A DNA stretch of 64,000 nucleotides from positions 10,814 to 74,813 of IMG/VR virus record IMGVR_UViG_3300021961_000065. One strand, given 5' to 3'. Made by a program: the position numbers and the translations under genes. Source of the stretch: a virus. The notes beneath the pieces were generated by a model, which saw nothing but the letters and a program-made list of their open reading frames with translations, was not told the DNA's origin and did no database searches. Positions 10,426 through 19,798 of the stretch are shown one piece after another (within the stretch, counting starts at the first letter, position 1; the number at the start of each line of letters is the position of its first letter).

Positions 10426-10563
10426 GAGATTATCATAAGAGAAATCCCATTGGGCTCTTTTGATAATACCTGTAGATGCTGTTTGAGCACCTTTACTTCC
10501 ATCTGTTGTTCTAGCACCATAGTGGTTAGCAACACCACGCTTTGCGTCTACTTCATAAGTCAT
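10075..10563 (-). CDS. Putative capsid decoration/minor capsid protein
   Basis: Directly after MCP with GGAG RBS and before the terminator. Ala/Thr/Val-rich. Near-identical copy at 53465-53953. Confidence 0.6.
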   Translation of the reverse strand: MTYEVDAKRGVANHYGARTTDGSKGAQTASTGIIKRAQWDFSYDNLPASGTSNLQYVIPANATIVSAKLYVDVAFTSTSTTTDLVVGLYNSAGVAIDADGLVEADEATQTAIGTAGNVVTGAGALVGKTIGATAGEVVVAPNVDDLLTGKARLVVEYVYDKN

Positions 10564-10574
10564 GTGATGTCTCC

Positions 10575-11555
10575 TTAGTAATTAGATGGATGAGTTAAAA
10601 TTACACCCAACGTGTCAACACGTTGAGCACCAAAACCGAAGCGAGAAGTAACTTGATACTTGTCAGCTCTTTCTTCGTTGTCTCTCCAACCTTCTGTTTT
10701 TGGAGCACGTCTCCATGCGTGCATAATTGGCTTGCATGAATCATCAGCCACACACATAAATACGTTTGCTTTGTCACCAACAGCAGCAGTTTCAGATGTT
10801 AAACCATATGAAGAAGCATTGATAGCTTCAGTAGCTGTTAATGTAGGTAAGAAGTTAGAAGTATAGATGTCGAAACCAAAGATATTCTTAACGAATTTAT
10901 GATCACGAGCAAAACCTTCTGTTACAATACCATCAAACATTGGGTTATTTGAAACGTTAACTAAGTTTTGTAAGCTATTTAATGTAGCTTCAACAACTGG
11001 ATCAACGATAGCAATACGACCACCTGCAGGAACATTAGCTTTATCAAATGCTAATTTCATAGCGATAAAGTCTTCTAATGTAATAGTTCTTGCATTAGCT
11101 GCAGCAGAACCTACCCAACGATGTGGACGACCATTAACTAAGTTAAGGTTAGCTGCAGTTTGACCTGAGTTAGCAGCAGCTAAATATTTAGTTTCGTGGT
11201 TTTCACCAAGAGCACGTGTAGATTCCATAGCTCTCATAGACATTAATGTGTCTACTTGTGAACCATCTTCACGTAAGTCGTCAGAAACTTTCCAAGCATC
11301 ACCAACATAGTCAGTAATAGCAAGTGTTAAGTTACCTGTGTCAATAGGTGAGAAATTTAAAGGTGTATCCTCAGCAGCATCTTGAAGAGTTACTGTACCT
11401 ACTGTTTTAATGTTTAAAGTTGTACCTGAACCAAAGTCAGTTACATCTCTCCACATTCCTTCTGGCAATAGATAGTCATGTAAGTTTTCAAGGATAAACT
11501 GAGAATACTGTTGAGCTTCAATAAAAGCTGTAGTATTAGAAGTTAATTGTGACAT
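10575..11555 (-). CDS. Major capsid protein
   Basis: 326 aa, follows the scaffold gene. Podovirus MCP-like motifs (VTDFGSGTTLNIKTVG, DKANVP..GR.AIVDP, final RFGFG..R). Strong RBS. Confidence 0.9.
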   Translation of the reverse strand: MSQLTSNTTAFIEAQQYSQFILENLHDYLLPEGMWRDVTDFGSGTTLNIKTVGTVTLQDAAEDTPLNFSPIDTGNLTLAITDYVGDAWKVSDDLREDGSQVDTLMSMRAMESTRALGENHETKYLAAANSGQTAANLNLVNGRPHRWVGSAAANARTITLEDFIAMKLAFDKANVPAGGRIAIVDPVVEATLNSLQNLVNVSNNPMFDGIVTEGFARDHKFVKNIFGFDIYTSNFLPTLTATEAINASSYGLTSETAAVGDKANVFMCVADDSCKPIMHAWRRAPKTEGWRDNEERADKYQVTSRFGFGAQRVDTLGVILTHPSNY

Positions 11556-11568
11556 TTAAGTCTCCTTG

Positions 11569-12288
11569 TTAATTGTTTAATTGTCGTTTTACTTTTTCAC
11601 CTGCAATTCGCCAAGCATTAAGCATATCTTTAGTAGAAGCACCTTTAGGTACTCTAGCAGATAACTCATCTGTTGCTTTATTATTAGATAAAGATTCTGT
11701 ATTTACAGTACTTTGTGATTTTGCAACTGTTGTAGCTCTGTTATCAAAACCTGCTAATTTTAAAACAACATTTGGAGATGTTGCAGATAAATTGTGTAAT
11801 TGTTCTAGTGTCATACCTGACTCTTTTGCTAAGGTATTATAAACTTCTTCAGCTTTACTTCCATACTTTTCAGTAAACTTGTCAGCTACTGAACGAGCAT
11901 TAGTTTGAGCTTTAGTTAGTTTTTCCCTTTGCTGTAAGGTTTGATTAACTAGATCCATGATTCTATCTTGGTTTATTTCACTCGTAGAAGTGGTAGCTTC
12001 TTGAGGTTGAATACCAGACTTTATTTCATCAAGTAACTCTTCTGTTGTTCTACGTTTAGCAAGTTCCTCTTTCAAATGAGTCATTTCTTCCTCTAGGGTT
12101 TTGATATGCTCTTGTGCATGAGGCACTGATCTTAACGCATCATCAACAGATTTATACTTTTTACCTTCGCCTACAAACTCTTGAGCTTCTGTCGGTATCT
12201 CAAAAGGTCTAGCTTGGGTATCTTGTTGCTGAGTCTCTTGGGTATTTGACTCAACAGCTTGTTCTTGTTTAACTTGTTCTTCACTCAT
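11569..12288 (-). CDS. Capsid scaffolding protein
   Basis: Acidic N-terminus, GKKYKS motif and coiled coil, located between portal and MCP. Confidence 0.75.
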   Translation of the reverse strand: MSEEQVKQEQAVESNTQETQQQDTQARPFEIPTEAQEFVGEGKKYKSVDDALRSVPHAQEHIKTLEEEMTHLKEELAKRRTTEELLDEIKSGIQPQEATTSTSEINQDRIMDLVNQTLQQREKLTKAQTNARSVADKFTEKYGSKAEEVYNTLAKESGMTLEQLHNLSATSPNVVLKLAGFDNRATTVAKSQSTVNTESLSNNKATDELSARVPKGASTKDMLNAWRIAGEKVKRQLNN

Positions 12289-12509
12289 TATTTTTCTCCT
12301 TGGTCAGGAATAAGATTATATAATTTAGAAAAAGCTTTTTGGATGCCTAATTGATAAGCTTGGTATTGACTCCAAGCAGGTTTATCAAAAGTTTCTTCAT
12401 CTATTGCTTTTCTTTGAGCAAGTTGAATCTGCTCGAGACAGTAAGCTTTGAGCTCTTCAAACACTTGTTGTTTTGTTAAGCTCTTAGCTTTATCTGATTT
12501 TAAATCCAT
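12288..12509 (-). CDS. Conserved small protein between portal and scaffold
   Basis: Homologue at 55684-55905. Confidence 0.7.
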   Translation of the reverse strand: MDLKSDKAKSLTKQQVFEELKAYCLEQIQLAQRKAIDEETFDKPAWSQYQAYQLGIQKAFSKLYNLIPDQGEK

Positions 12510-12515
12510 ATAACT

Positions 12516-12544
12516 ATTCTAACATAATTGATTAAAAAAGTCAA
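12516..12544 (-). promoter_or_regulatory. Sigma70-type promoter for the scaffold/capsid operon (probably leaderless)
   Basis: TTGACT-N17-TAGAAT with TGn extension; ATG lies 6 nt after the -10. Confidence 0.75.
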
Positions 12545-12547
12545 GGT

Positions 12548-14335
12548 TTAAATTAACCCTGCTCCCTGTAAGACAGACTCATTTAAGTCGTCTTCAATAG
12601 GTTCTTGTGCTTGCATCTGAGCTTCTTGTTGAGCAGACATAGCTAACTTCTGTGTTTCAGCATTTTCAAAGATAGCTGCGTTGTCTTTAATAAACTCATA
12701 AGCTTCAAAACCCATGTACTCTTCCACCATCTTAGCTAATTGTTTAGCAGAGATATGTGGTGAAATCATTTGTCCAATCGGACTATTAAATAAACCTATA
12801 ATGTTTTGAATTAACTGTGCTCGTGCTGCATAATGTCTAGCACCTATAGGACGTAATTTACCTTTAGCTGTAATATCTTCTTTAGTAATAGATATAAAGT
12901 CAGCAACACCTAAGTCGTTATCCATTACTTTAGCAATCTCTGCAACATCTAAATTACGTCTAGCTGTTTCAAGCATTGTATTTAAAATAGGTTCTATAAA
13001 TTCTATTTCAAATTTATTAACTTTGTTTTGGAAAATACGACCTGCAGCATTTTGTAATTGTTGTACTTCAAATGCTGTTTTTTCACCTGGACTACGAATA
13101 CCCATAGCTTCTCTAGGTGCTCCTGCCATTTCTTCCATAAGTTGTAATAACATACCAATTTCATTATTAACTTGGAAAGCAGCAGGATTAGGAGGCATCA
13201 TATCTACATCACCATCTTCAGGAATATGAATTACTGATTCAGGACCCCATTCAAATGGTTCTACATCACCTTTAATTCTAATTGGTGGATGTATTGTTAA
13301 ATCTAGTGCATCTGCTTTTAAGTTTTCTAAATGGTCTACTCGATATTGCATACCTACTAAATTATCTAAAGGACCCATCGCATATAAATTATCAGGACGA
13401 TTTCTCCATCCTACATGATGTTTATTATCTTTACCTAAGTAAGATGGATTTTCTATATTACGTAATACATAACTACGATCTACAATAGTAATAATTCTAT
13501 TTTCAAGTAACTCATCATCATGTTCACTATAAATAGTTCCTTCAAATTCTAATATTTCTACTAAACCTGATTGATAATATTCTTGTAATGAACCAAAACC
13601 ATCAATGTGATAAGCTTCTGCTTTGTTAATATCTTCTAATCTAAATTGAGTTATATTACGTCTTACATCCATAGTTTTATTAAAAGAATCTATGTTGTAT
13701 TGTAGATCAGGTCGTTTATCAATATCTAATTTAAGTTCACCTACTGTTTTTACATATCGTGTAAATTTAGGAGTATCTTTAAATGCTTTAGCTGTTGGAT
13801 TAAAAATAATATCAAATGGTGATATTCTTTCTAGTTTAGGACCAGTATAAGTAACTATTTCTTCTTTTGTAATAGGATCAATATGTTTTTCTGTAATATA
13901 GTTTACTTCTGCAAAAGAATTACCATAATCAATGTAGTCATATACTAATTGAGCTACTGTTTCTCTAAAACCTGATTCTTTTAGTTTAGTTTTTAAATAG
14001 GCTTCAATCGCTTTACGTTTTGCTGTAGTTGTATCTTCTAAAGAAGCTCCTTCCCATTTCATCCAGTTATCATTAGGAAATAAAGCATCCATGTAGTTAG
14101 CATGAAGATTATCTCTAATCTGAGTTAATTTAGGAAGTGTTGTTTTATTCTTCCAAGGAAGTTTAGAGTTAGTTGTTTTAGTGGTATCAGTTGCAAATAG
14201 ATAGTTTCTTAATTCTCTCCATTCTTCTTCTTTATCTTGTCTTTGAATCCACCAATTATTGTAGAGATGTCCTAGCTGTCTTGCTAAATTTTCTCTAGCT
14301 AACATTTGTTTAATTTCTGCGACTTTTCCTGCCAT
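12548..14335 (-). CDS. Portal protein
   Basis: 595 aa directly after TerL. Podovirus portal-like motifs (ERISPFDI.F.P, GEKTAFEV..L..AA.R). Confidence 0.9.
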   Translation of the reverse strand: MAGKVAEIKQMLARENLARQLGHLYNNWWIQRQDKEEEWRELRNYLFATDTTKTTNSKLPWKNKTTLPKLTQIRDNLHANYMDALFPNDNWMKWEGASLEDTTTAKRKAIEAYLKTKLKESGFRETVAQLVYDYIDYGNSFAEVNYITEKHIDPITKEEIVTYTGPKLERISPFDIIFNPTAKAFKDTPKFTRYVKTVGELKLDIDKRPDLQYNIDSFNKTMDVRRNITQFRLEDINKAEAYHIDGFGSLQEYYQSGLVEILEFEGTIYSEHDDELLENRIITIVDRSYVLRNIENPSYLGKDNKHHVGWRNRPDNLYAMGPLDNLVGMQYRVDHLENLKADALDLTIHPPIRIKGDVEPFEWGPESVIHIPEDGDVDMMPPNPAAFQVNNEIGMLLQLMEEMAGAPREAMGIRSPGEKTAFEVQQLQNAAGRIFQNKVNKFEIEFIEPILNTMLETARRNLDVAEIAKVMDNDLGVADFISITKEDITAKGKLRPIGARHYAARAQLIQNIIGLFNSPIGQMISPHISAKQLAKMVEEYMGFEAYEFIKDNAAIFENAETQKLAMSAQQEAQMQAQEPIEDDLNESVLQGAGLI

Positions 14336-14345
14336 AATAATTTCC

Positions 14346-15875
14346 TTAGTAAGTTACTCCCCCAAAACGAGAGTGTGTTTGTATACGACTTGTCATATTA
14401 ATAACATTACCTCTACCTTTTGGTACGATTGAAATAGCAATAGCATTGGCTAGTGCATCTTTAATATCATCGTGAGGAGGATGTCTTTGTGTTAATTCTT
14501 CTTCTAATGGTTGGCAATTACCTCCTTTGTAATGCCATATTTGTTTATTATCATATTTAGGTTCTAAAATAGCACTAATACGTTGTCGTTTATCACCCAT
14601 ATGTCGTGTAGGTCTATACTCATCAATAGCAAGAGGTATACCATTAGGTCGTAAATAACTATCTTTTAATTCTTTAACAATAAGTTGTTGAGCTACAGTA
14701 ATTTCAGCTCGTAGTTTTCTAAATCCCCACTTTTCCCAAGAACGTAATATATGAGAATAGTAATCAACAATTTTATCTGTTTTAAAACGATCTATATCTA
14801 AGACATAATAATTAGCTTGACTATCTACACCAATGATAACAAGAGCTGTATAGTCAGCTTTTTTACGTAAACTAAAAGCAAAGTCAATCGCTGCATATAT
14901 ATTTAATTTACGATCTCGTATAAACCAGTCGCCTTCTTTATTTGTTAAAACTGAACGATCATAATATTGAAAATCATCTACATTTAAATTAGCTGTTTCT
15001 TTACTATTAGGATCATTATAATATTGTGCAAAGAATTGAGTTTGATCTACATATTTAGCACGAATACGAGCTAATTCTCTTGCATCAAATCCAAATGATT
15101 TACCATCTTTACGTTTTTGTTTACTCCAAAGAAACTCACCATTAGTTTCTACTACTCGTTGAAATAATTCATAGACTGGCTCTTCTTCAAGCATTTCTCC
15201 TTCATCATCATAAATGCTTTCTTTCATGTTTACCATTGTGTCATATATATCTCTGGGGTGATAACGAGTACCAACAACCCACTCAAAAGCACCAGGATTT
15301 TCAATGGAAGCCAGTTGACTATATGCTGACGATACTTTATCTCGTCCCTCTTCAGTATAAGCATTACCAGGCACAACAATGTCGTCAAGCACAACAACAT
15401 CAGCATGGAAACCAGTAGTATTTGAAGTAAGTCCAACTGCTTTAACACTGGCATCTCTTACTCCTTCCTCTTTTCTTTTTGGATGATCAACAGCTATTTC
15501 AGCTACTGCCCATCGTTCTCTTTTGCCCTCTTCAGGATGTAACATTTCAGACCAATAACGTCTATAAATTGGACTATCTATAATTTGTTTAATTTGATAT
15601 AATTGTTTTTCAGCTAAATCTGCTGTAGCTGATACATATAATATAGTAGTTTCAGGATGTTTAGTTAACCACCAAGCTGTTCTATATGCTACTAATTTAG
15701 ATTTCATATGTCCACGAGGAAGTAATACAAGTTGATTGTTTTTAGCTTCTTGTCTAGTCCACCATTGTATTAATTCTTCATGTATAGCTCCCATCATTAA
15801 ATGAGGAGCTACTAATTTAATAAACGTTAGTAAGTCTTCTTCTGCTGCTTGTCTAATTTGGTCAATTTGACTCAT
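14346..15875 (-). CDS. terL: Terminase large subunit
   Basis: LLPRGHMKS ATPase motif, VVVLDD Walker B, VGTRYH, nuclease AIDFA..DYTA and HDDIKDA. Confidence 0.93.
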   Translation of the reverse strand: MSQIDQIRQAAEEDLLTFIKLVAPHLMMGAIHEELIQWWTRQEAKNNQLVLLPRGHMKSKLVAYRTAWWLTKHPETTILYVSATADLAEKQLYQIKQIIDSPIYRRYWSEMLHPEEGKRERWAVAEIAVDHPKRKEEGVRDASVKAVGLTSNTTGFHADVVVLDDIVVPGNAYTEEGRDKVSSAYSQLASIENPGAFEWVVGTRYHPRDIYDTMVNMKESIYDDEGEMLEEEPVYELFQRVVETNGEFLWSKQKRKDGKSFGFDARELARIRAKYVDQTQFFAQYYNDPNSKETANLNVDDFQYYDRSVLTNKEGDWFIRDRKLNIYAAIDFAFSLRKKADYTALVIIGVDSQANYYVLDIDRFKTDKIVDYYSHILRSWEKWGFRKLRAEITVAQQLIVKELKDSYLRPNGIPLAIDEYRPTRHMGDKRQRISAILEPKYDNKQIWHYKGGNCQPLEEELTQRHPPHDDIKDALANAIAISIVPKGRGNVINMTSRIQTHSRFGGVTY

Positions 15876-16118
15876 TTATTTCTTTCTATATTTAGCTGTT
15901 TTTTTAGCTATTGATTTAGGCTGTGCAACAAATTGTTTACCTTTACGTTTACCTTCTGCTTTAGCTGCATTAGTAGCTTTTTTTTCAGAAAGACTTAATG
16001 CTTTCCATGCTGCATCAGGTAAGTATCTTTTCTTTCCTTCACTTTTACTACCATCAGAAGTTCTCCACTTCTGTTTAGTCCAAGCTTTTAAACTCTTTTG
16101 TGATTTAGCAAGAGCCAT
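15876..16118 (-). CDS. Small basic protein (DUF5872-like C-terminal half)
   Basis: WTKQKWRT..RYLP..AW..GKQFV motif; family name from memory. Confidence 0.55.
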   Translation of the reverse strand: MALAKSQKSLKAWTKQKWRTSDGSKSEGKKRYLPDAAWKALSLSEKKATNAAKAEGKRKGKQFVAQPKSIAKKTAKYRKK

Positions 16119-16306
16119 TATTTATAACCTCCTCCTGCTTTTTTATATTCACTAGCAAGTAACTGAGCTTTACGAGCTGACCATTGTCCAGGATTACCAC
16201 CTTTACTACCTGCTTTAATCTTTTCAAATAAACGTTTACGCATTGTAGGTTTTGTATAATTACCTGCTTGATTAACTTTACTTTTTGTTTTGCTTTTCGT
16301 TTTCAA
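16118..16306 (-). CDS. Small basic protein (DUF5872-like N-terminal half)
   Basis: YTKP..GG.PGQWSARKAQLLA.EYKK.GGGY motif. Confidence 0.55.
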   Translation of the reverse strand: MKTKSKTKSKVNQAGNYTKPTMRKRLFEKIKAGSKGGNPGQWSARKAQLLASEYKKAGGGYK

Positions 16307-16454
16307 GTTGTTTCATCCTTTCTAGTCTAGCTTCTCTTGTCATATACAACCAATGTTCTAGATCATCATAATTTCTGTAACATGATCTACATCTTGCTTT
16401 ACCTGCTACATTTATCATACGACAATCCCCAGTACAAGGACTGTCGTCTACCAT
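16278..16454 (-). CDS. DUF1289-like Cys-rich small protein (58 aa)
   Basis: Hand translation MVDDSPCTGDCRMINVAGKARCRSCYRNYDDLEHWLYMTREARL...; homologue at 59387-59575. Confidence 0.7.
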   Translation of the reverse strand: MVDDSPCTGDCRMINVAGKARCRSCYRNYDDLEHWLYMTREARLERMKQLENEKQNKK

Positions 16455-16729
16455 TTAACTTTATGACTCCAATAACGAGCACTTAATTTACTTGGATTTG
16501 GATCTTGTGCATTATGTCTTGCATAGTAAGATTTCTTACGTGCTTTATCTTTAGCAGACGTAGGATTTTTACCTGCACCTCGTACACCTTGTTGTCCAAA
16601 CCTAATTGTTTTAACTTTATCTCCTACTTTAGCTACAACAACATGAGATTTAGTAGGATGTCCTGGAGTACGTTTAGGTTTGTTATAACCTGATACTCCT
16701 GCTTTTTCTAGTCTAGAGTCTTTAGCCAT
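16448..16729 (-). CDS. Conserved small basic phage protein
   Basis: [31 protein letters not shown]. Start moved to MAKDSR (AGGA upstream). Homologue at 59569-59838. Confidence 0.7.
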   Translation of the reverse strand: MAKDSRLEKAGVSGYNKPKRTPGHPTKSHVVVAKVGDKVKTIRFGQQGVRGAGKNPTSAKDKARKKSYYARHNAQDPNPSKLSARYWSHKVKW

Positions 16730-16730
16730 A

Positions 16731-16865
16731 TTATTTCCTTTTTTTACTTTTACCTGCTTTTGATAATGCAATAGCAATAGCTTGTTTTTGTGGTTTACCT
16801 GCTTTCATTTCTTTACGAATATTTGCAGAAATAGTTTTTTGTGATTTACCTTTTTTAAGGGGCAT
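16731..16865 (-). CDS. 44-aa basic protein ([39 protein letters not shown]...)
   Basis: Hand translation with GGAG RBS; homologue at 59835-59972. Confidence 0.75.
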   Translation of the reverse strand: MPLKKGKSQKTISANIRKEMKAGKPQKQAIAIALSKAGKSKKRK

Positions 16866-17292
16866 AATGTACTCCATTTTTATCAATAATTAATATTTGT
16901 CTTAAAGCTTTATCACCTTCTTTAGGAAAAGAAATATGTATCCAAGCATCATATTCTAAAATTAATTGATCAAATTCAATAGATGAATCAGCCAAAACTG
17001 AAAATACATCATCGACATCGCCATAACGATCACAAGTAAAATCAGCAGCAAGACCAAGTATATGTCTGCTTGTTCTTTTTGACCCCAAACGATCATTGAG
17101 AGCCTCACACCTAAAACCACTACTAATATTAATAGGATTACCACCAAGCTTAGTCCTAACATCTTCTAACCCTTTCGCTAAAGTTTTTAAATTCTCTATT
17201 TGCTCTTCATTAGGAGTGTTAGCTATTCCATATCGTGAAGCTGTTTGAGATCTTGTAAATTCATTTAATGTAAAATGTTCTGATAACTTCAT
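16855..17292 (-). CDS. Endolysin, peptidase M15A family
   Basis: LSEHFTL.EF, ISSGFRC..LN, S.H..G.AADF and W.HIS zinc motifs; adjacent to a holin. Confidence 0.85.
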   Translation of the reverse strand: MKLSEHFTLNEFTRSQTASRYGIANTPNEEQIENLKTLAKGLEDVRTKLGGNPINISSGFRCEALNDRLGSKRTSRHILGLAADFTCDRYGDVDDVFSVLADSSIEFDQLILEYDAWIHISFPKEGDKALRQILIIDKNGVHYAP

Positions 17293-17681
17293 TTAGTTAA
17301 GCCTTTACTTTTCTCCCAAGTTCTTAAACTTGCAAGACCAAGCATGGCTAAAGTTAGTTCCATTAATACATCTGTTTGTAATTGAGGTAATGTTATAGTA
17401 ATGCCAAGTAATGTACACACCCACTGAGCCAATGGGGATAAAACAAACACCCAAGCAAAACCAAACCCAGAGACCCAACCAAGGAAAGGACGCCAACCAC
17501 TAACCCAAATAGAGCGATGGCTAGCTTCGATTTTATTCGTTTCAGCTTGAGTAAGACTAATCTGTGCTGCATTATCAATAAGAGCTTTTTCAATTTCTTG
17601 TTTAGCTTTTTCTTTTGCATTGTTGTCAGGTATTAGTTTATCTAGTACAGTACTTATAATTGGTAAAATAGCTTGTATCAT
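17289..17681 (-). CDS. Holin (3TM, GTA-type)
   Basis: N..EA.H.S.WVSGWRPF.GW and MLGL..LRT.EK.KG motifs. Confidence 0.8.
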   Translation of the reverse strand: MIQAILPIISTVLDKLIPDNNAKEKAKQEIEKALIDNAAQISLTQAETNKIEASHRSIWVSGWRPFLGWVSGFGFAWVFVLSPLAQWVCTLLGITITLPQLQTDVLMELTLAMLGLASLRTWEKSKGLTK

Positions 17682-17845
17682 TTAGACACAATCTCCTTCA
17701 ATCGTAACACAGTCTCCTTGAGAACAGTGTACATTTTTATTGTTTTTACTTGTATAGTTTCTTTGAGAGCGTGGAGTGGATCTCGGATAATTTCGTAAGC
17801 CACGAGTATCACACAAACTGAAATCAAATGAAGTGTCATAGACAT
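17678..17845 (-). CDS. 55-aa protein with hydrophobic N-terminus
   Basis: MSMTLHLISVCVILVAYEIIRDPL... with AAGGAG RBS and ATGA overlap with the holin start. Confidence 0.55.
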   Translation of the reverse strand: MSMTLHLISVCVILVAYEIIRDPLHALKETIQVKTIKMYTVLKETVLRLKEIVSK

Positions 17846-17884
17846 CTTTGTTTCTCCTTAATAATTGACATAATCTAGATAACA

Positions 17885-18097
17885 TTAAAACATCCTTGTT
17901 ATAAGTTCTACTGCATTTACTTTACTAATTATAATACTTGATCCTACAATACTACCAAAACCTACAATAATAGTCCAAAGAAGTTTATTAAGAACATTTT
18001 CTATTTTATCTATACGAGCATGTATATTAGCGTACCTTTCGGCACACAGTTCTTCATGAGATCTAAGTTCCTGTTCTACTTCTTTTGCTGTTGTCAT
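17885..18097 (-). CDS. Small coiled-coil plus TM protein (XhlA-like)
   Basis: HEELCAERY..I..RIDKIE followed by a TM helix; nearly identical to the N-terminus of 62204-62797. Confidence 0.6.
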   Translation of the reverse strand: MTTAKEVEQELRSHEELCAERYANIHARIDKIENVLNKLLWTIIVGFGSIVGSSIIISKVNAVELITRMF

Positions 18098-18098
18098 A

Positions 18099-18668
18099 TT
18101 AAAATTCTATCCATCCAGTTATAATATACTTGTCTCCACCAATAGGTGGGTTTCCTCTGTGTGTATGTGTAAAGGCTGCAGGAAATATTACTACATCTCC
18201 TTTACTTGGTTTGTATCTGTATTGTTGATAAAGAAATTCTGTTTCACCTGCTTCAAAGTCATCGTTAAGATAAGCAGTCCATACTAAAACTCTATTAGAT
18301 GAATCTCTATCTGTAGCTTCAGCATGCCAAACATGATACCCTTGACCTGGTTTAGTTAATTGTATCTTCATTGTATATGATTTATGTTGAGCTAATGTGT
18401 GTACAATATTATATTTTTTAGCATACTCACTATAACAATCTGACCAAAATACTTTATTAAACTCATTTATTAATTCAGGAGTCGTATGATGTAAAGGATA
18501 GCTAGGAAGAAAAGTAAATTGATCTTGTTTTTCTAATTTAGGAACTTTTTCTATACTTTGTCTATCTTGTGTAAATCCATTTGTATGTGCTATATTAAAA
18601 TAGTTTATTACTTTATTACAGAACTCATCACTTAATACATTTTTATAAACTTCTATAAAATTATCCAT
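18099..18668 (-). CDS. 2OG-Fe(II) oxygenase
   Basis: WHAE, YLND...GETEF, FPA.FTH.HRG and KYI.TGW motifs. Confidence 0.88.
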   Translation of the reverse strand: MDNFIEVYKNVLSDEFCNKVINYFNIAHTNGFTQDRQSIEKVPKLEKQDQFTFLPSYPLHHTTPELINEFNKVFWSDCYSEYAKKYNIVHTLAQHKSYTMKIQLTKPGQGYHVWHAEATDRDSSNRVLVWTAYLNDDFEAGETEFLYQQYRYKPSKGDVVIFPAAFTHTHRGNPPIGGDKYIITGWIEF

Positions 18669-18683
18669 GTTATGTTTTATCCT

Positions 18684-19103
18684 TTATATTAATTCATTTA
18701 CTATTAGTTGAGACCATTTGACTGCATCTTTTGTTTTAATTCTGTAGTCATAACTAATAGGATTACTAAATAAACTATTAGTATCTTTATATCTACTTTG
18801 ATTTATTGTATCCATCCATATTACAATATCAGCATTAAATATATTTCTAATTTCTTCAGTAGGTGCTACAAAATCTGTTATAGTATGACTATAATTATTA
18901 CTTATAGTTTTTAATCTAGTTGCTTGTCTAAGCCTTCCTTCATAACTAAAATCCCAATCATTACTTAAAGCTCTAACCTCATCTGCATTTATTCTAATAA
19001 AGTTTGTTAGTTTACCTAGTTCATTGGCTAATGTAGTTTTACCTGATCCTGGTAAACCCATTACTAATATCTTTAGTTTCTCCAAAACTCCATTCCTTGA
19101 CAT
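18684..19103 (-). CDS. Adenylylsulfate (APS) kinase-like P-loop protein
   Basis: GLPGSGKTT Walker A and NADEVR...DWDFS.EGR.RQA.R, resembling CysC. True start may be slightly downstream. Confidence 0.65.
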   Translation of the reverse strand: MSRNGVLEKLKILVMGLPGSGKTTLANELGKLTNFIRINADEVRALSNDWDFSYEGRLRQATRLKTISNNYSHTITDFVAPTEEIRNIFNADIVIWMDTINQSRYKDTNSLFSNPISYDYRIKTKDAVKWSQLIVNELI

Positions 19104-19798
19104 TTATCTATAATATCTTGAGTAGGAGTTGTTGTTGATTTACTTAATGTAGATCGTAAAGAATGTAAGTTTGCATCACCATAAGCCTCTTTATCTAATT
19201 CTTTATATGTTGATTTTATATTATTAAATGTATGTTCATAATAATTTTCATTTAAAAACTTATATATCTTTTGTAAAGTTTCTTTAGGTTTATTAATTAA
19301 ATTATTATACTCAACAATATGTATACAATCTTTATAATTATTAAAACCTATTTTTAAATTATCATAAGGATCTTGTAAAAGAATATCATCTTTAGTTAAT
19401 AAAAGATTACTATCTATATTAATTTTTGTATTTTTAATAGACATATAAATTTCAGATATATCTCTAACCATACATATTATCTTAGGTTTTATTTTAAAAT
19501 AATGTAAAATATCAGTAACTTTACCTGTCCAAACTCTATTCTTATCAAATATAACTTCTTGTGTTATATCAGAATAATAATATTTAATAAAGTCTCCTAT
19601 ATAACTTTCAACTTGAGTCACTTTAGGAAAAGCTTTAAATAAATCTAAATCATTAATTGTAGTAGCAATAGTTTCCATAATTTTAACTACAGGTGAACTT
19701 GGTCCTGAATAAAAATTAGGATTTTGATTTAGTATAGCAGAAAGTAATGTACTTCCTGATCTTGGTAATCCTGATATAAAATATAGTTTTTTTGTCAC
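19073..19798 (-). CDS. Sulfotransferase
   Basis: GLPRSGSTLL 5'-PSB loop, VRD...IYMS 3'-PB motif, VEY..L...P. Confidence 0.85.
   Translation of the reverse strand: MTKKLYFISGLPRSGSTLLSAILNQNPNFYSGPSSPVVKIMETIATTINDLDLFKAFPKVTQVESYIGDFIKYYYSDITQEVIFDKNRVWTGKVTDILHYFKIKPKIICMVRDISEIYMSIKNTKINIDSNLLLTKDDILLQDPYDNLKIGFNNYKDCIHIVEYNNLINKPKETLQKIYKFLNENYYEHTFNNIKSTYKELDKEAYGDANLHSLRSTLSKSTTTPTQDIIDKCQGMEFWRN

Noticed and set aside
10564-10600. Programmed frameshift or readthrough extending the MCP into the downstream gene
   Set aside because: No slippery heptamer was seen near the MCP stop in either copy, and the next gene has its own GGAG RBS.
17682-17885. 67-aa ORF from the track (MLSRLCQLL...)
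   Set aside because: An overlapping frame (17678-17845) has a clear AAGGAG RBS and ATGA coupling to the holin, so it is the better gene call.
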